From: Eledone cirrhosa
Taxonomy: Eukaryota
Length of the DNA stretch: 64,000 nucleotides
Reading direction: 5' to 3'
NCBI GenBank assembly: GCA_964016885.1
Contig: OZ024740.1
Coordinates: 423,770,001-423,834,000, forward strand
Positions 23,182-37,200 of the stretch are shown here, piece after piece (the first letter of the stretch is position 1; each line of letters opens with the position of its first letter). The notes under the pieces were generated by a model. The model was not told the DNA's origin. It saw nothing but the letters and a program-made list of their open reading frames with translations, and searched no databases. The translations under genes were made by a program, and so were the position numbers.

Positions 23182-23583
23182 ATACAAAGTAAAAACCTAC
23201 TACATTCAGTAGGCATCTCTATCAAAACACCCCCCCGTCCCACCATCTCCACCCCATCCACACCGCCCCTTTCAATGTAAAGTTATGTTGGTCCCACAAC
23301 ATCCAGGCCGAAACAAATGAGATCGTGTAGGTGTCACGACAAAAAAAACACACAGTCCACGCTGTAAATGTGGCCGTGTAGGCAACACGGTAAAAACCTC
23401 CCAGCCCCACACTGTAAATGTGGTTGGTGTTAGGAAGGGCATCCAACTGTAGAAAACCCGCCAGACAGTCCTATGCGAGCAAGACAACCACTCTTGCCTC
23501 AAGTGGGAAAACCCCCGTCCAAACCCATGCAAGCGTGGAACACGGACGCTAAACCTGATGATGATGATGATGATGATGATGAT
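20935..23583 (+). mobile_element. 5'-truncated RTE-clade LINE (subfamily A), young copy
   Basis: RT motifs GKAAGPS, NYRGIKL, QFGF, FVDLEKAFDRV, GVHQGSVLSP, YADD; 3' UTR and (GAT)n tail; no APE domain. Confidence 0.95.
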
Positions 23584-23776
23584 ATAGGAACAAGTAAGAC
23601 CCCGACGGCTGAGCTCAAGCCGTTTCGACGGCTAATTCCACAGAATTAGCCATCGAAACGGCTTGAGCTCAGCCGTCGGGGTCTTACTTGTTCCTATTAC
23701 CCACTCTACTACCCTAAGTATTGAGTACTTTGGTGCGTTATGGTCTACCTGGTTCCTTACCACATTTCCTTCGCTA
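23584..23776 (+). mobile_element. Fold-back pLTR relic (family 1) with the 3' half of a hammerhead ribozyme
   Basis: ~55-bp inverted arms at 23584-23697; CGAAAC-GGCT..AGCC-GTC; related copy at 58344-58484. Confidence 0.75.
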
Positions 23777-23799
23777 TATATATATATATATATATGAAT

Positions 23800-24141
23800 G
23801 GAGGCACATGGCTTAGTGGTTAGAGCATTGGCCTTGCAATCGAAAGGTTGTGAGTTCAATTCTCAGACCGGGTGATGTGTTGTTTCCTTGAGCAAGACAC
23901 TTTATTTCACATTGCTCCAGTTTACTCAGCTGTAGAAATGAGATGATAGGGACTGGGGTCCATATCATTCCACTGCAAAGTGGTCGTGGAGGTGCCACGG
24001 CAAAAAAGCACCCAGCACTCACTGTAAATGAGGTTGGTGTTAGGAAGGGCATCCAGCTGTAGAAATCAAGCCAGAATCAGTTCCCGTCCCACCCTTGCAA
24101 GCAGGGAAAAGTGGACGTAAAATGATGATGATGATGATGAT
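23800..24141 (+). mobile_element. Complete tRNA-derived CORE-like SINE with RTE-derived tail
   Basis: A box TGGCTTAGTGG, B box GAGTTCAATTC, TTTCCTTGAGCAAGACACTT, RTE-like tail and (GAT)n. Confidence 0.85.
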
Positions 24142-24721
24142 ATATAGATAGATGGATAGCTATAGATATACACACATAGACACTGACACAGACACGTACA
24201 TACCAACACACTCACATAGACACATAAACACACACACACTGACACAGACATACATACCAACACACTCACACAGACACGTACACATAGACACACTGACACA
24301 GACACGTACATACCAACACACTCACATAGACACATAAACACACACACATTGACACAGACATACATACCAACACACTCACGCAGACACGTACACACAGATA
24401 TACTCACACACATATTGATTTTGCATATATTATTATATAAACATTTTAAAGTCCTCAATGTACCTTGATGTAAGAATCCTGCCAACTCTATTGTAGATAT
24501 GGTTCCTTAATCATGCTTACCTTAGCTTACCTTACCTCTCGCACATGACTGAACAGGGGTGTATATTGTCCTCTTCTTATACACACTCACACATGCACAC
24601 ATACACATACACATGGATACACATACATACACACATACATACACAAGCATGTAAAAATGGATGTTAAATGACAACGATGATGATGATACACATACACAGC
24701 TTTACAACCACACATACATAC

Positions 24722-25060
24722 TAGTTTTGCGCAATTGGTCTGTTAAAATTCTGTAAACTGCATTTTTATCCAAGCCTGTTTCTTCTGCAATCATCTGAAC
24801 ACTTAGTCGACGATCTTTCACAATCACCACTCACACCACTTCCACATTTTGTTCATTTGTTGGCAAGATTGGCCTTCCAGAATGAGGTTTGTCTGCCCTC
24901 TGAAAGCTTTGTGTCACTTAAAAACCTTTCTTCTCGATAGAGTGGCATCTCCGGAGGTTTGTGTTAAAGAATTAAATGTATCAGTGACAGATTTGTTTGA
25001 GTTTCACTCAAAATTTTATCGTGTACCGTTGTTCAATATTTTCGTACATCACAAACATAA
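24722..25060 (-). mobile_element. Mariner transposase N-terminal (HTH) remnant
   Basis: Minus-strand translation VIVKDRRLSVQMIAEETGLDKNAVYRILTDQLRK. Confidence 0.7.
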
Positions 25061-25401
25061 CAGAGGTTGTTAATACATCTGTACATAAACAGCAATAATG
25101 CAAGACTGACTCAATTGATCATGTTGAATCAAGTATGTACATACAGCCAAGGTCATAAACAACATAACTATATACATGAATGAGGTGATGCATTACCATG
25201 TTGTACATAGGAAAATCAGTACCCTTACTGTAAAAACAGCTGTGTATGAGCAAGACATGTCCATCTGATCTGACTTGTATCACAGGCAGAGGTGTATGAG
25301 TTGTCACAGCCTGATGGGCCAGAACAACCCATCTCACTCATGTATGTTCCATAATTGGCATGGTTTCTATGGCGAGATACCCTCCATAACAAAATAAATG
25401 T

Positions 25402-25728
25402 ATCATCATCATCTTACGTCTGCTTTTCCCTGCTTGCAAGGGTGGGACAGGTCCTATTCAGCACAGCATCTCTCCACTTGTCACGGTCCTTCATCATCTC
25501 CTCTGTGAGCTTCAGCGATCTGAGGTCTTCTCTCACCACTTCTACTGCATCTTCCTTCTACTGGGATTTCTTGGCACTTCTTTACCCAGCAGTCATCTTC
25601 CATGCGCATCACATGTCCATACCATCTCAGTCTTCTCTCCTGCACACCACAACTTATCCCTTTTATACCCAGTTTCTCTCTCAACTCATCTATGCTTGGT
25701 CGTTCACGCACGTTGACATATGTATATG
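25402..25728 (-). mobile_element. RTE subfamily B 3' end with a very short UTR
   Basis: ERRLRWYGHVMRMEDDCWVKKC; tail GTCCCACCCTTGCAAGCAGGGAAAAGCAGACGTAA(GAT)n. Confidence 0.85.
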
Positions 25729-25729
25729 C

Positions 25730-27790
25730 ACGTCTCAACATAGACTCATAATTAGCGACCTCATAGTCAGGACGAGACGTACTCGACAACAGAAGAGGAC
25801 TATCCTCAGGAGAAAAATATGGAAGTTAAAAGACCCCACAGCCAGTAATAAATTTAAAAGCATATTACTTGATGCTTTTGATAGTAAGGAAGAGCAATTA
25901 GAGTCGTACAATATAGAGGAACAGTGGGAATTCCTGAAAGATAACCTGCTGAAGGCGACAGATGAAACCTGTGGCTGGAGCAGACCTATAGGCAGGAGGA
26001 GAGTAACTTGGTGGTGGAACAGTAAGGTGGAGGGGTCAATCAAGGCCAAAAAGCAGGCTTGGAAAGCATGGCGGGATGGGGGAAGTAGAGAAGACTATCA
26101 AGTGGCCAGGAGGGAAGCTAGGAGACAAGTGTACTTCGCAAGAAGGGAAGCAGAGGAAAGAAAGCTCAAGCATGTTCTACAATGCGAGGACCAAAAACGT
26201 GAGGTGTTCAGGATTGCTAGGCAATGTGTCAAGGAAAACAGTGATATTGTCGGGGAGAAGTGTGTCCTTAATGATGATGGTGTACTTGCCATCACTGACG
26301 CTGATAAGAAGGTAACCTGGAAGTGTCACTACGAAAGGCTACTAAATGAGGAGAATAATTGGGAGAAAGACAGTCTCCCCCACATCGACCCAATAGAGGG
26401 ACCAGCAGTGCACGTTGAAGGTAGTATAATAAGTAAGGCGATCAAAGACATGAAGACGGGCAAGGTGGCCGGGCCTTCGAAAATAGTTGCTGAAATGCTG
26501 AAAGCATCAGGAACGGTGGGACACACTATGGTCACCCGGATAGTAAACCAAGTCATACAGAATGGGGTCATAAGGACTGGCGCAGCAGCATCATCATTAA
26601 CTGCTACAAGGGTAAAGGTGATGCCCTAGATAGGGGAAACTATAGAGGTATTAAATTAATTGACCAGGTCATGAAGGTCACAGAAAAAGTAATAGCGCAA
26701 CTAATCAGAGAGCGAATTGATCTAGATGAAATGCAGTTCGAGTTTGTGTCAGGTAAAAGTACAACAGACGTTCTTTTCATTGTACGATAACTACAGGAGA
26801 AGTACCTAGCTAAAAGTAAACCATTATACTTAGCTTTTGTTGACTTGGAGAAAGCCTTTGACAGAGTACCCCGCTCGATTATCTGGTGGGCCCTTAGAAA
26901 ACTAGGTGTTGATGAATGGGTTGTGAGAGCTATACAAGCCATGTATAAAGAAACAGTCAACAAGGTTAGAATTAACAACGAATATAGTGAAGAGTTTAGC
27001 GTAAAAGTTGGTGTTCATCAGGGCTCCGTCCTTAGCCCCCTACTATTTATTATTGCCCTTCAGGCTATAACAGAGAAGTTCAAGACCGGCTGCCCATGGG
27101 AACTCCTATATGCAGATGATCTAACGCTCATAGCTGAATCAATGGCTGAACTAGAGAAGAAATTCCAAACATGGAAGCATGGCCTAGAATCAAAAGGCCT
27201 TAAAGTTAACTTGTCTAAGACTAAAGTTCTAGTTTGTAGGAAGGAAAATAGGGCACCGGTCCCATCTGGGAAATGGCCATGCTCAGTGTGTAGGAAAGGA
27301 GTAGGCAGAAACTCCATTTTATGTCCCAAATGCAAAGTATGGGTGCATAAAAGATGTAGTGGGATCACAGGTAAGCTAACTAAGAATATAGATTTTATAT
27401 GTGGCCGGTGCTCTGGTGCAATAAGTAGCAGCAAGTGCCTACAGAATACTAGCTCATTCCATTGCACAGATGGTTCTATAGAAATAGTGGACACCTTCCG
27501 TTACCTGGGTGACAAAATCAGCAGTAGGGGAGGGTGCTCTGAAAGTACAGAAGCTAGAGTAATGTGGCCGTGTAGGTAACACGGTAATGTGGCCGTGTAG
27601 CTAACAGAGTAAAAACCTCCCAGTCCACACTGTAAACGTGGTTGGTGTTAGGAAGGGCATCCAGCCGTAGAAAACCCGCCAGACAGTCCTATACGAGCAG
27701 GACAACCAATCTTGCCTCAAGTGGGAAAACTCTCGTCCAAACCCATGCAAGCGTGGAAGATGGACGTTAAACGATGATGATAATGATGAT
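25730..27790 (+). mobile_element. Degraded RTE subfamily A-like copy, 5'-truncated and internally deleted
   Basis: Starts at the end of the APE region (SQHRLIISDL); frameshift ~26570, stop ~26788; jumps from the RT C-terminus into the 3' UTR at ~27560; (GAT)n tail. Confidence 0.9.
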
Positions 27791-28222
27791 GGTTGTAAAA
27801 TTCATTGATTATATATACAAAGCTTTAAACAAGATATTTTTCATTAACTTCTTCAAAACTCAAAACAAGTTATGGCTTAAGGATTGACAAAAAATAGAGA
27901 TGAAAGTGGTTGGCCAGGAGAGGCCAATGGTCCCCCTACTCTTGAGTTGAAATACCTCTCTTTGGTTCTGAAATTCAGTTGGGTTAGTTACAGGAATCTC
28001 TATTGTGGCATATCACATCCTCTTGTGTCCTGATTTCTTCCAGTCTCTTCACTCTCACTAGTTCTCATAGGGAAAGTGAAAACAAACTTCCCTCTTAATC
28101 ATACAATATCCACTTGTTTGTTAAATATGGATTAAACATAGATTTCAGCATACATTTTTATGTCTATATTTTCTGCAATAATATAATCCAATAATCATAT
28201 TTAAGACCATTATCATCCCAAT

Positions 28223-31200
28223 CTGGACTGTCTTGATTATAATCAAGACCAGCAAGATAGGCAAACATAGATGGACTATTAGAGACACCTGGACTGGCCA
28301 CATATCTCGCATCAGAGACAACAAGTGGACTATTAGAGTGATAGAGTGGACACCTGGACTGGTCACATATCTCGCATCAGAGACAACAAGTGGACTATTA
28401 GAGTGACATAGTGGACACGTGGACTGGTCACATATCTCACATCAGAGACAACAAGGGGACTATTAGAGTAACAGAGTGGACACCTGGACTGGTCACATAT
28501 CTCACATCAGAGACAACAAGGGGACTATTAGAGTGACAGAGTCGACACCTGGACTGGTCACATATCTCGCATCAGAGACAACAAGTGGACTATTAGAGTG
28601 ACAGAGTGGACACCTGGACTGGTCACATATCTCACATCAGAGACAACAAGTGGACTATTAGAGTGACAGAGTGGACACCTGGACTGGTCACATATCTCAC
28701 ATCAGTGACAACAAGTGGACTATTAGAGTGACAGAATGGACACCTGGACTGGTCACATATCTCGCATCAGAGACAACAAGTGGACTATTAGAGTGACAGA
28801 GTGGACACCTGGACTGGTCACATATCTCACATCAGAGACAACAAGGGGACTATTAGAGTGACAGAGTCGACACCTGGACTGGTCACATATCTCACATCAG
28901 AGACAACAAGGGGACTATTAGAGTGACAGAGTCGACACCTGGACTGGTCACATATCTCGCATCAGAGACAAGAAGTGGACTATTAGAGTGACAGAGTGGA
29001 CACCTGAACTGGTCACATATCTCACATCAGAGACAACAAGTGGACTATTAGAGTGACAGAGTGGACACCTGGACTGGTCACATATCTCACATCAGAGACA
29101 ACAAGTGGACTATTAGAGTGACAGAGTGGACACCTGGACTGGTCACATATCTCACATCAGTGACAACAAGTGGACTATTAAAGTGACAGAGTGGACACCT
29201 GAACTGGTCACATATCTCACATCAGAGACAACAAGGGGACTATTAGAGTGACAGAGTGGACACCTGGACTGGTCACATATCTCACATCAGAGACAACAAG
29301 TGGACTATTAGAGTGACAGAGTGGACACCTGGACTGGTCACATATCTCACATCAGTGACAACAAGTGGACTATTAAAGTGACAGAGTGGACACCTGAACT
29401 GGTCACATATCTCACATCAGAGACAACAAGGGGACTATTAGAGTGACAGAGTCGACACCTGGACTGGTCACATATCTCACATCAGAGACAACAAGTGGAC
29501 TATTAGAGTGACAGAGTGGACACCTGGACTGGTCACATATCTCACATCAGTGACAACAAGTGGACTATTAAAGTGACAGAGTGGACACCTGAACTGGTCA
29601 CATATCTCACATCAGAGACAACAAGGGGACTATTAGAGTGACAGAGTCGACACCTGGACTGGTCACATATCTCACATCAGAGACAACAAGTGGACTATTA
29701 AAGTGACAGAGTGGACACCTGGACTGGTCACATATCTCACATCAGAGACAACAAGTGGACTATTAAAGTGACAGAGTGGACACCTGAACTGGTCACATAT
29801 CTCACATCAGAGACAACAAGGGGACTATTAGAGTGACAGAGTCGACACCTGGACTGGTCACATATCTCGCATCAGAGACAACAAGTGGACTATTAGAGTG
29901 ACAGAGTGGACACCTGGACTGGTCACATATCTCACGTCAGGGACAACAGGGGGACTATTAGAGTGACAGAGTGGACACCTGGACTGGTCACATATCTCAC
30001 ATCAGAGACAACAAGTGGACTATTAAAGTGACAGAGTGGACACCTGGACTGGTCACATATCTCACGTCAGAGACAACAGGGGGACTATTAGAGTAACAGA
30101 GTGGACACCTGGACTGGTCACATATCTCACATCAGAGACAACAGGGAGACTATTAGAGTGACAGAGTGGACACCTGGACTGGTCACACATCTCGCATCAG
30201 AGACAACAATTGGACTATTAGAGTGACAGAGTGGACACCTGGACTGGTCACATATCTCACATCAGAGAAAACAGGGGGACTATTAGAGTGACAGAGTGGA
30301 CACCTGGACTGGTCACATATCTCACATCAGAGACAACAGCAGGACTATTAGAGTGACAGAGTGGACACATGGACTGGTCGCATATGTCATGTCAGAGACA
30401 ACAGGGGGACTATTAGAGTGACAGAGTGAACACATGGACTGGTCACATATCTCACATCAGAGACAACAGGGGGACTATTAGAGTGACAGAGTGGACACAT
30501 GGACTGGTCACATATGTCACGTCAGAGACAACAGGGGGACTATTAGAGTGACAGAGTGGACACCTGGACTGGTCACATATCTCACATCAGAGACAACAAG
30601 TGGACTATTAGAGTGACAGAGTGGACACCTGGACTGGTCACATATCTCACATCAGTGACAACAGGGGGACTATTAGAGTGACAGAGTGGACACCTGGACT
30701 GGTCACATATGTCACGTCAGAGACAACAGGGGGACTATTAGAGTGACAGAGTGGACACCTGGACTGGTCACATATCTCACGTCAGAGACAACAGGGGGAC
30801 TATTAGAGTGACAGAGTGGACACATGGACTGGTCACATATCTCGCATCAGAGACAAAAAGTGAACTATTAGAGTGACAGAGTGGACACCTGGACTGGTCA
30901 CATATCTCACATCAGAGACAACAGGGGAACTATTAGAGTGACAGAGTGGACACCTGGACTGGTCACATATCTCACATCAGAGACAACAGGGGGACTATTA
31001 GAGTGACAGAGTGGACACCTGGACTGGTCACATATCTCATGTCAGAGACAACAGGGGGACTATTAGAGTGACAGAGTGGACACCTGGACTGGTCACATAT
31101 CTCACATCAGTGACAACAAGTGGACTATTAGAGTGACAGAGTGGACACCTGGACTGGTCACATATCTCACGTCAGAGACAACAGGGGGACTATTAGAGTG

Positions 31201-34200
31201 ACAGAGTGGACACCTGGACTGGTCACATATCTCACATCAGAGTCAACAAGTGGACTATTAAAGTGACAGAGTGGACACCTGGACTGGTCACATATCTCAC
31301 GTCAGAGACAACAGGGGGACTATTAGAGTAACAGAGTGGACACCTGGAATGGTCACATATCTCACATCAGAGACAACAGGGAGACTATTAGAGTGACAGA
31401 GTGGACACATGGACTGGTCGCATATGTCATGTCAGAGACAACAGGGGGACTATTAGAGTGACAGAGTGGACACCTGGACTGGTCACATATCTCACATCAG
31501 AGACAACAGGGGGACTATTAGAGTGACAGAGTGGACACATGGACTGGTCGCATATGTCATGTCAGAGACAACAGGGGGACTATTAGAGTGACAGAGTGAA
31601 CACCTGGACTGGTCACATATCTCACATCAGAGACAACAGGGGGACTATTAGAGTGACAGTGGACACCTGGACTGGTCACATATCTCACATCAGAGACAAC
31701 AAGTGGATTATTAGAGTGACAGAGTGGACACCTGGACTGGTCACATATCTCACATCAGAGACAACAAGTGGACTATTAGAGTGACAGAGTGGACACCTGG
31801 ACTGGTCACATATCTCACATCAGAGACAACAAGTGGACTATTAGAGTGACAGAGTGGACACCTGGACTGGTCACATATCTCACATCAGTGACAACAGGGG
31901 GACTATTAGAGTGACAGAGTGGACACCTGGACTGGTCACATATGTCACGTCAGAGACAACAGGGGGACTATTAGAGTGACAGAGTGGACACCTGGACTGG
32001 TCACATATCTCACATCAGAGACAACAGGGGGACTATTAGAGTGACAGAGTGGACACATGGACTGGTCACATATCTCGCATCAGAGACAACAAGTGAACTA
32101 TTAGAGTGACAGAGTGGACACCTGGACTGGTCACATATCTCACATCAGAGACAACAGGGGAACTATTAGAGTGACAGAGTGGACACCTGGACTGGTCACA
32201 TATCTCACATCAGAGACAACAGGGGGACTATTAGAGTGACAGAGTGGACACCTGGACTGGTGACATATCTCATGTCAGAGACAACAGGGGGACTATTAGA
32301 GTGACAGAGTGGACACCTGGACTGGTCACATATCTCACATCAGTGACAACAAGTGGACTATTAGAGTGACAGAGTGGACACCTGGACTGGTCACATATCT
32401 CACGTCAGAGACAACAGGGGGACTATTAGAGTGACAGAGTGGACACCTGGACTGGTCACATATCTCACATCAGAGACAACAGGGGGACTATTAGAGTGAC
32501 AGAGTGGACACCTGGACTGGTAAACATATCTCACATCAGAGACAACAGGGGGACTATTAGAGTGACAGAGTGGACACCTGGACTGGTCACATATCTCACA
32601 TCAGAGACAAGTGGACTATTAGAGTGACAGAGTGGACACCTGGACTGGTCACATATCTCACGTCAGAGACAACAGGGGGACTATTAGAGTGACAGAGTGG
32701 ACACCTGGACTGGTCACATATCTCACATCAGAGACAACAGGGGGAGTATTAGAGTGACAGAGTGGACACCTGGACTGGTCACATATCTCACATCAGAGAC
32801 AACAAGTGGACTATTAGAGTGACAGAGTGGACACCTGGACTGGTCACATATCTCACATCAGAGACAACAGGGGGACTATTAGAGTGACAGAGTGGACACC
32901 TGGACTGGTCAAATATCTCACATCAGAGATAACGAGTGGACTATTAGAGTAACAGTGGACACCTGGACTGGTCACATATCTCACATCAGAGACAACAAGT
33001 GGACTATTAGAGTGACAGAGTGGACACCTGGACTGGTCACATATCTCACATCAGAGACAACAAGTGGACTATTAGAGTAACAGAGTGGACACCTGGACTG
33101 GTCACATATCTCACATCAGAGACAACAGGGGGACTATTAGAGTGACAGTGGACACCTGGACTGGTCACATATCTCACATCAGAGACAACAGGGGGACTAT
33201 TAGAGTGACAGTGGACACCTGGACTGGTCACATATCTCACATCAGAGACAACAAGTGGACTATTAGAGTGACAGAGTGGACACCTTGACTGGTCACATAT
33301 CTCACATCAGAGACAACAGGGGGACTATTAGAGTGACAGAGTGGACACCTGGACTGGTCACATATCTCACGTCAGAGACAACAAGTGGACTATTAGAGTG
33401 ACAGAGTGGACACCTGGAGTGGTCACATATCTCACATCAGAGACAACAGGGGGACTATTAGAGTGACAGTGGACACCTGGACTGGTCACATATCTCACAT
33501 CAGAGACAACAGGGGGACTATTAGAGTGACAGAGTGGACACCTGGACTGGTCACATATCTCACATCAGAGACAACAAGTGGACTATTAGAGTGACAGAGT
33601 GGACTGGTCACATATCTCACATCAGAGACAACAAGTGGACTATTAGAGTGACAGAGTGGACACCTGGACTGGTCACATATCTCACGTCAGAGACAACAAG
33701 TGGACTATTAGAGTGACAGTGGACACCTGGACTGGTCACATATCTCACATCAGAGACAACAAGTGGACTATTAGAGTGACAGAGTGGACACCTGGATTGG
33801 TCACATATCTCACGTCAGAGACAACAAGTGGACTAATAGAGTGACAGAGTGGACACCTTGACTGGTCATATATCTCACGTCAGAAACAACAGGGGGACTA
33901 TTAGAGTGACAGAGTGGACACCTGGACTGGTCACATATCACACATCAGAGACAACAGGGGGACTATTAGAGTGACAGAGTGGACACCTGGACTGGTCACA
34001 TATCTCGCATCAGAGACAACAAGTGGACTATTAGAGTGACAGAGTGGACACCTGGACTGGTCACATATCTCACATCAGTGACAACAGGGGGACTATTAGA
34101 GTGACAGAGTGGACACCTGGACTGGTCACATATCTCACGTCAGAGACAACAGGGGGACTATTAGAGTGACAGAGTGGACACCTGGACTGGTCACATATCT

Positions 34201-37200
34201 AACATCAGAGACAACAGGGGGACTATTAGAGTGACAGAGTGGACACCTGGACTGGTCACATATCTCATGTCAGAGACAACAGGGGGACTATTAGAGTAAC
34301 AGAGTGGACACCTGGACTGGTCACATATCTCACGTCAGAGACAACAAGTGGACTATTAGAGTGACAGAGTGGACACCTGGACTGGTCACATATCTCACGT
34401 CAGAGACAACAGGGGGACTATTAGAGTGACAGAGTGGACACCTGAACTGGTCACATATCTCACATCAGAGACAACAGGGGGACTATTAGAGTGACAGTGG
34501 ACACCTGGACTGGTCACATATCTCACATCAGAGACAACAAGTGGACTATTAGAGTGACAGAGTGGACACCTGGACTGGTCACATATCTCACATCAGAGAC
34601 AACAGGGGGACTATTAGAGTGACAGAGTGGACACCTGGACTGGTCACATATCTTACATCAGAGACAACAGGGGGACTATTAGAGTGACAGAGTGGACACC
34701 TGGACTGGTCACATATCTCACGTCAGAGAAAACAGGGGGACTATTAGAGTGACAGAGTGGATACCTGGACTGGTCACATATCTCACGTCAGAGACAATAG
34801 GGGGACTATTAGAGTGACAGAGTGGACTGCTCACATATCTCATGTCAGAGACAACAGGGGGACTATTAGAGTAACAGAGTGGACACCTGGATTGGTTACA
34901 TATCTCACGTCAGAGACAACAAGTGGACTATTAGAGTGACAGAGTGGACACCTGGACTGGTCACATATCTCACGTCAGAGACAACAGGGGGACTATTAGA
35001 GTGACAGAGTGGACACCTGGACTGGTCACATATCTCACATCAGAGACAAGAGGGGGACTATTAGAGTGACAGAGTGGACACCTGGACTGGTCACATATCT
35101 CACATCAGAGACAACAGGGGGACTATTAGAGTGACAGAGTGGACACCTGGACTGGTCACATATCTCACGTCAGAGACAACAGGGGGACTATTAGAGTGAC
35201 AGAGTGGACACCTGGACTGGTCACATATCTCACATCAGAGATAACAAGTGGACTATTAGAGTGACAGAGTGGACACCTGGACTGGTGACATATCTCATGT
35301 CAGAGACAACAGGGGGACTATTAGAGTGACAGAGTGGACACCTGGACTGGTCACATATCTCACATCAGAGACAACAAGGGGACTATTAGAGTGACAGAGT
35401 GGACACCTGGACTGGTCACATATCTCACGTCAGAGACAACAGGGGGACTATTAGAGTGACAGAGTGGACACCTGGACTGGTCACATATCTCACATCAGAG
35501 ACAACAGGGGGACTATTAGAGTGACAGAGTGGACACCTGGACTGGTAAACATATCTCACATCAGAGACAACAGGGGGACTATTAGAGTGACAGAGTGGAC
35601 ACCTGGACTGGTCACATATCTCACATCAGAGACAAGTGGACTATTAGAGTGACAGAGTGGACACCTGGACTGGTCACATATCTCACGTCAGAGACAACAG
35701 GGGGACTATTAGAGTGACAGAGTGGACACCTGGACTGGTCACATATCTCACATCAGAGACAACAGGGGGAGTATTAGAGTGACAGAGTGGACACCTGGAC
35801 TGGTCACATATCTCACATCAGAGACAACAAGTGGACTATTAGAGTGACAGAGTGGACACCTGGACTGGTCACATATCTCACATCAGAGACAACAGGGGGA
35901 CTATTAGAGTGACAGAGTGGACACCTGGACTGGTCAAATATCTCACATCAGAGATAACGAGTGGACTATTAGAGTAAAAGTGGACACCTGGACTGGTCAC
36001 ATATCTCACATCAGAGACAACAAGTGGACTATTAGAGTGACAGAGTGGACACCTGGACTGGTCACATATCTCACATCAGAGACAACAAGTGGACTATTAG
36101 AGTGACAGAGTGGACACCTGGACTGGTCACATATCTCACATCAGAGACAACAGGGGGACTATTAGAGTGACAGAGTGGACACCTGGACTGGTCACATATC
36201 TCACATCAGAGACAACAGGGGGACTATTAGAGTGACAGTGGACACCTGGACTGGTCACATATCTCACATCAGAGACAACAAGTGGACTATTAGAGTGACA
36301 GAGTGGACACCTTGACTGGTCACATATCTCACATCAGAGACAACAAGTGGACTATTAGAGTGACAGAGTGGACACCTGGACTGGTCACATATCTCACGTC
36401 AGAGACAACAAGTGGACTATTAGAGTGAGAGTGGACACCTGCAGTGGTCACATATCTCACATCAGAGACAACAGGGGGACTATTAGAGTGACAGTGGACA
36501 CCTGGACTGGTCACATATCTCACATCAGAGACAACAGGGGGACTATTAGAGTGACAGAGTGGACACCTGGACTGGTCACATATCTCACATCAGAGACAAG
36601 TGGACTATTAGAGTGACAGAGTGGACACCTGGACTGGTCACATATCTCACGTCAGAGACAACAGGGGGACTATTAGAGTGACAGAGTGGACACCTGGACT
36701 GGTCACATATCTCACATCAGAGACAACAGGGGGAGTATTAGAGTGACAGAGTGGACACCTGGACTGGTCACATATCTCACATCAGAGACAACAAGTGGAC
36801 TATTAGAGTGACAGAGTGGACACCTGGACTGGTCACATATCACACATCAGAGACAACAGGGGGACTATTAGAGTGACAGAGTGGACACCTGGACTGGTCA
36901 CATATCTCGCATCAGAGACAACAAGTGGACTATTAGAGTGACAGAGTGGACACCTGGACTGGTCACATATCTCACATCAGTGACAACAGGGGGACTATTA
37001 GAGTGACAGAGTGGACACCTGGACTGGTCACATATCTCACGTCAGAGACAACAGGGGGACTATTAGAGTGACAGAGTGGACACCTGGACTGGTCACATAT
37101 CTAACATCAGAGACAACAGGGGGACTATTAGAGTGACAGAGTGGACACCTGGACTGGTCACATATCTCATGTCAGAGACAACAGGGGGACTATTAGAGTA

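Noticed and set aside
23800-23872. tRNA gene
   Set aside because: It has A/B boxes but continues into a SINE body and an RTE tail, so it is a SINE head.
25355-26629. 424-aa ORF as a real gene
   Set aside because: Its N-terminus is the antisense of an RTE-B fragment fused by chance to a frameshifted RTE-A-like copy.
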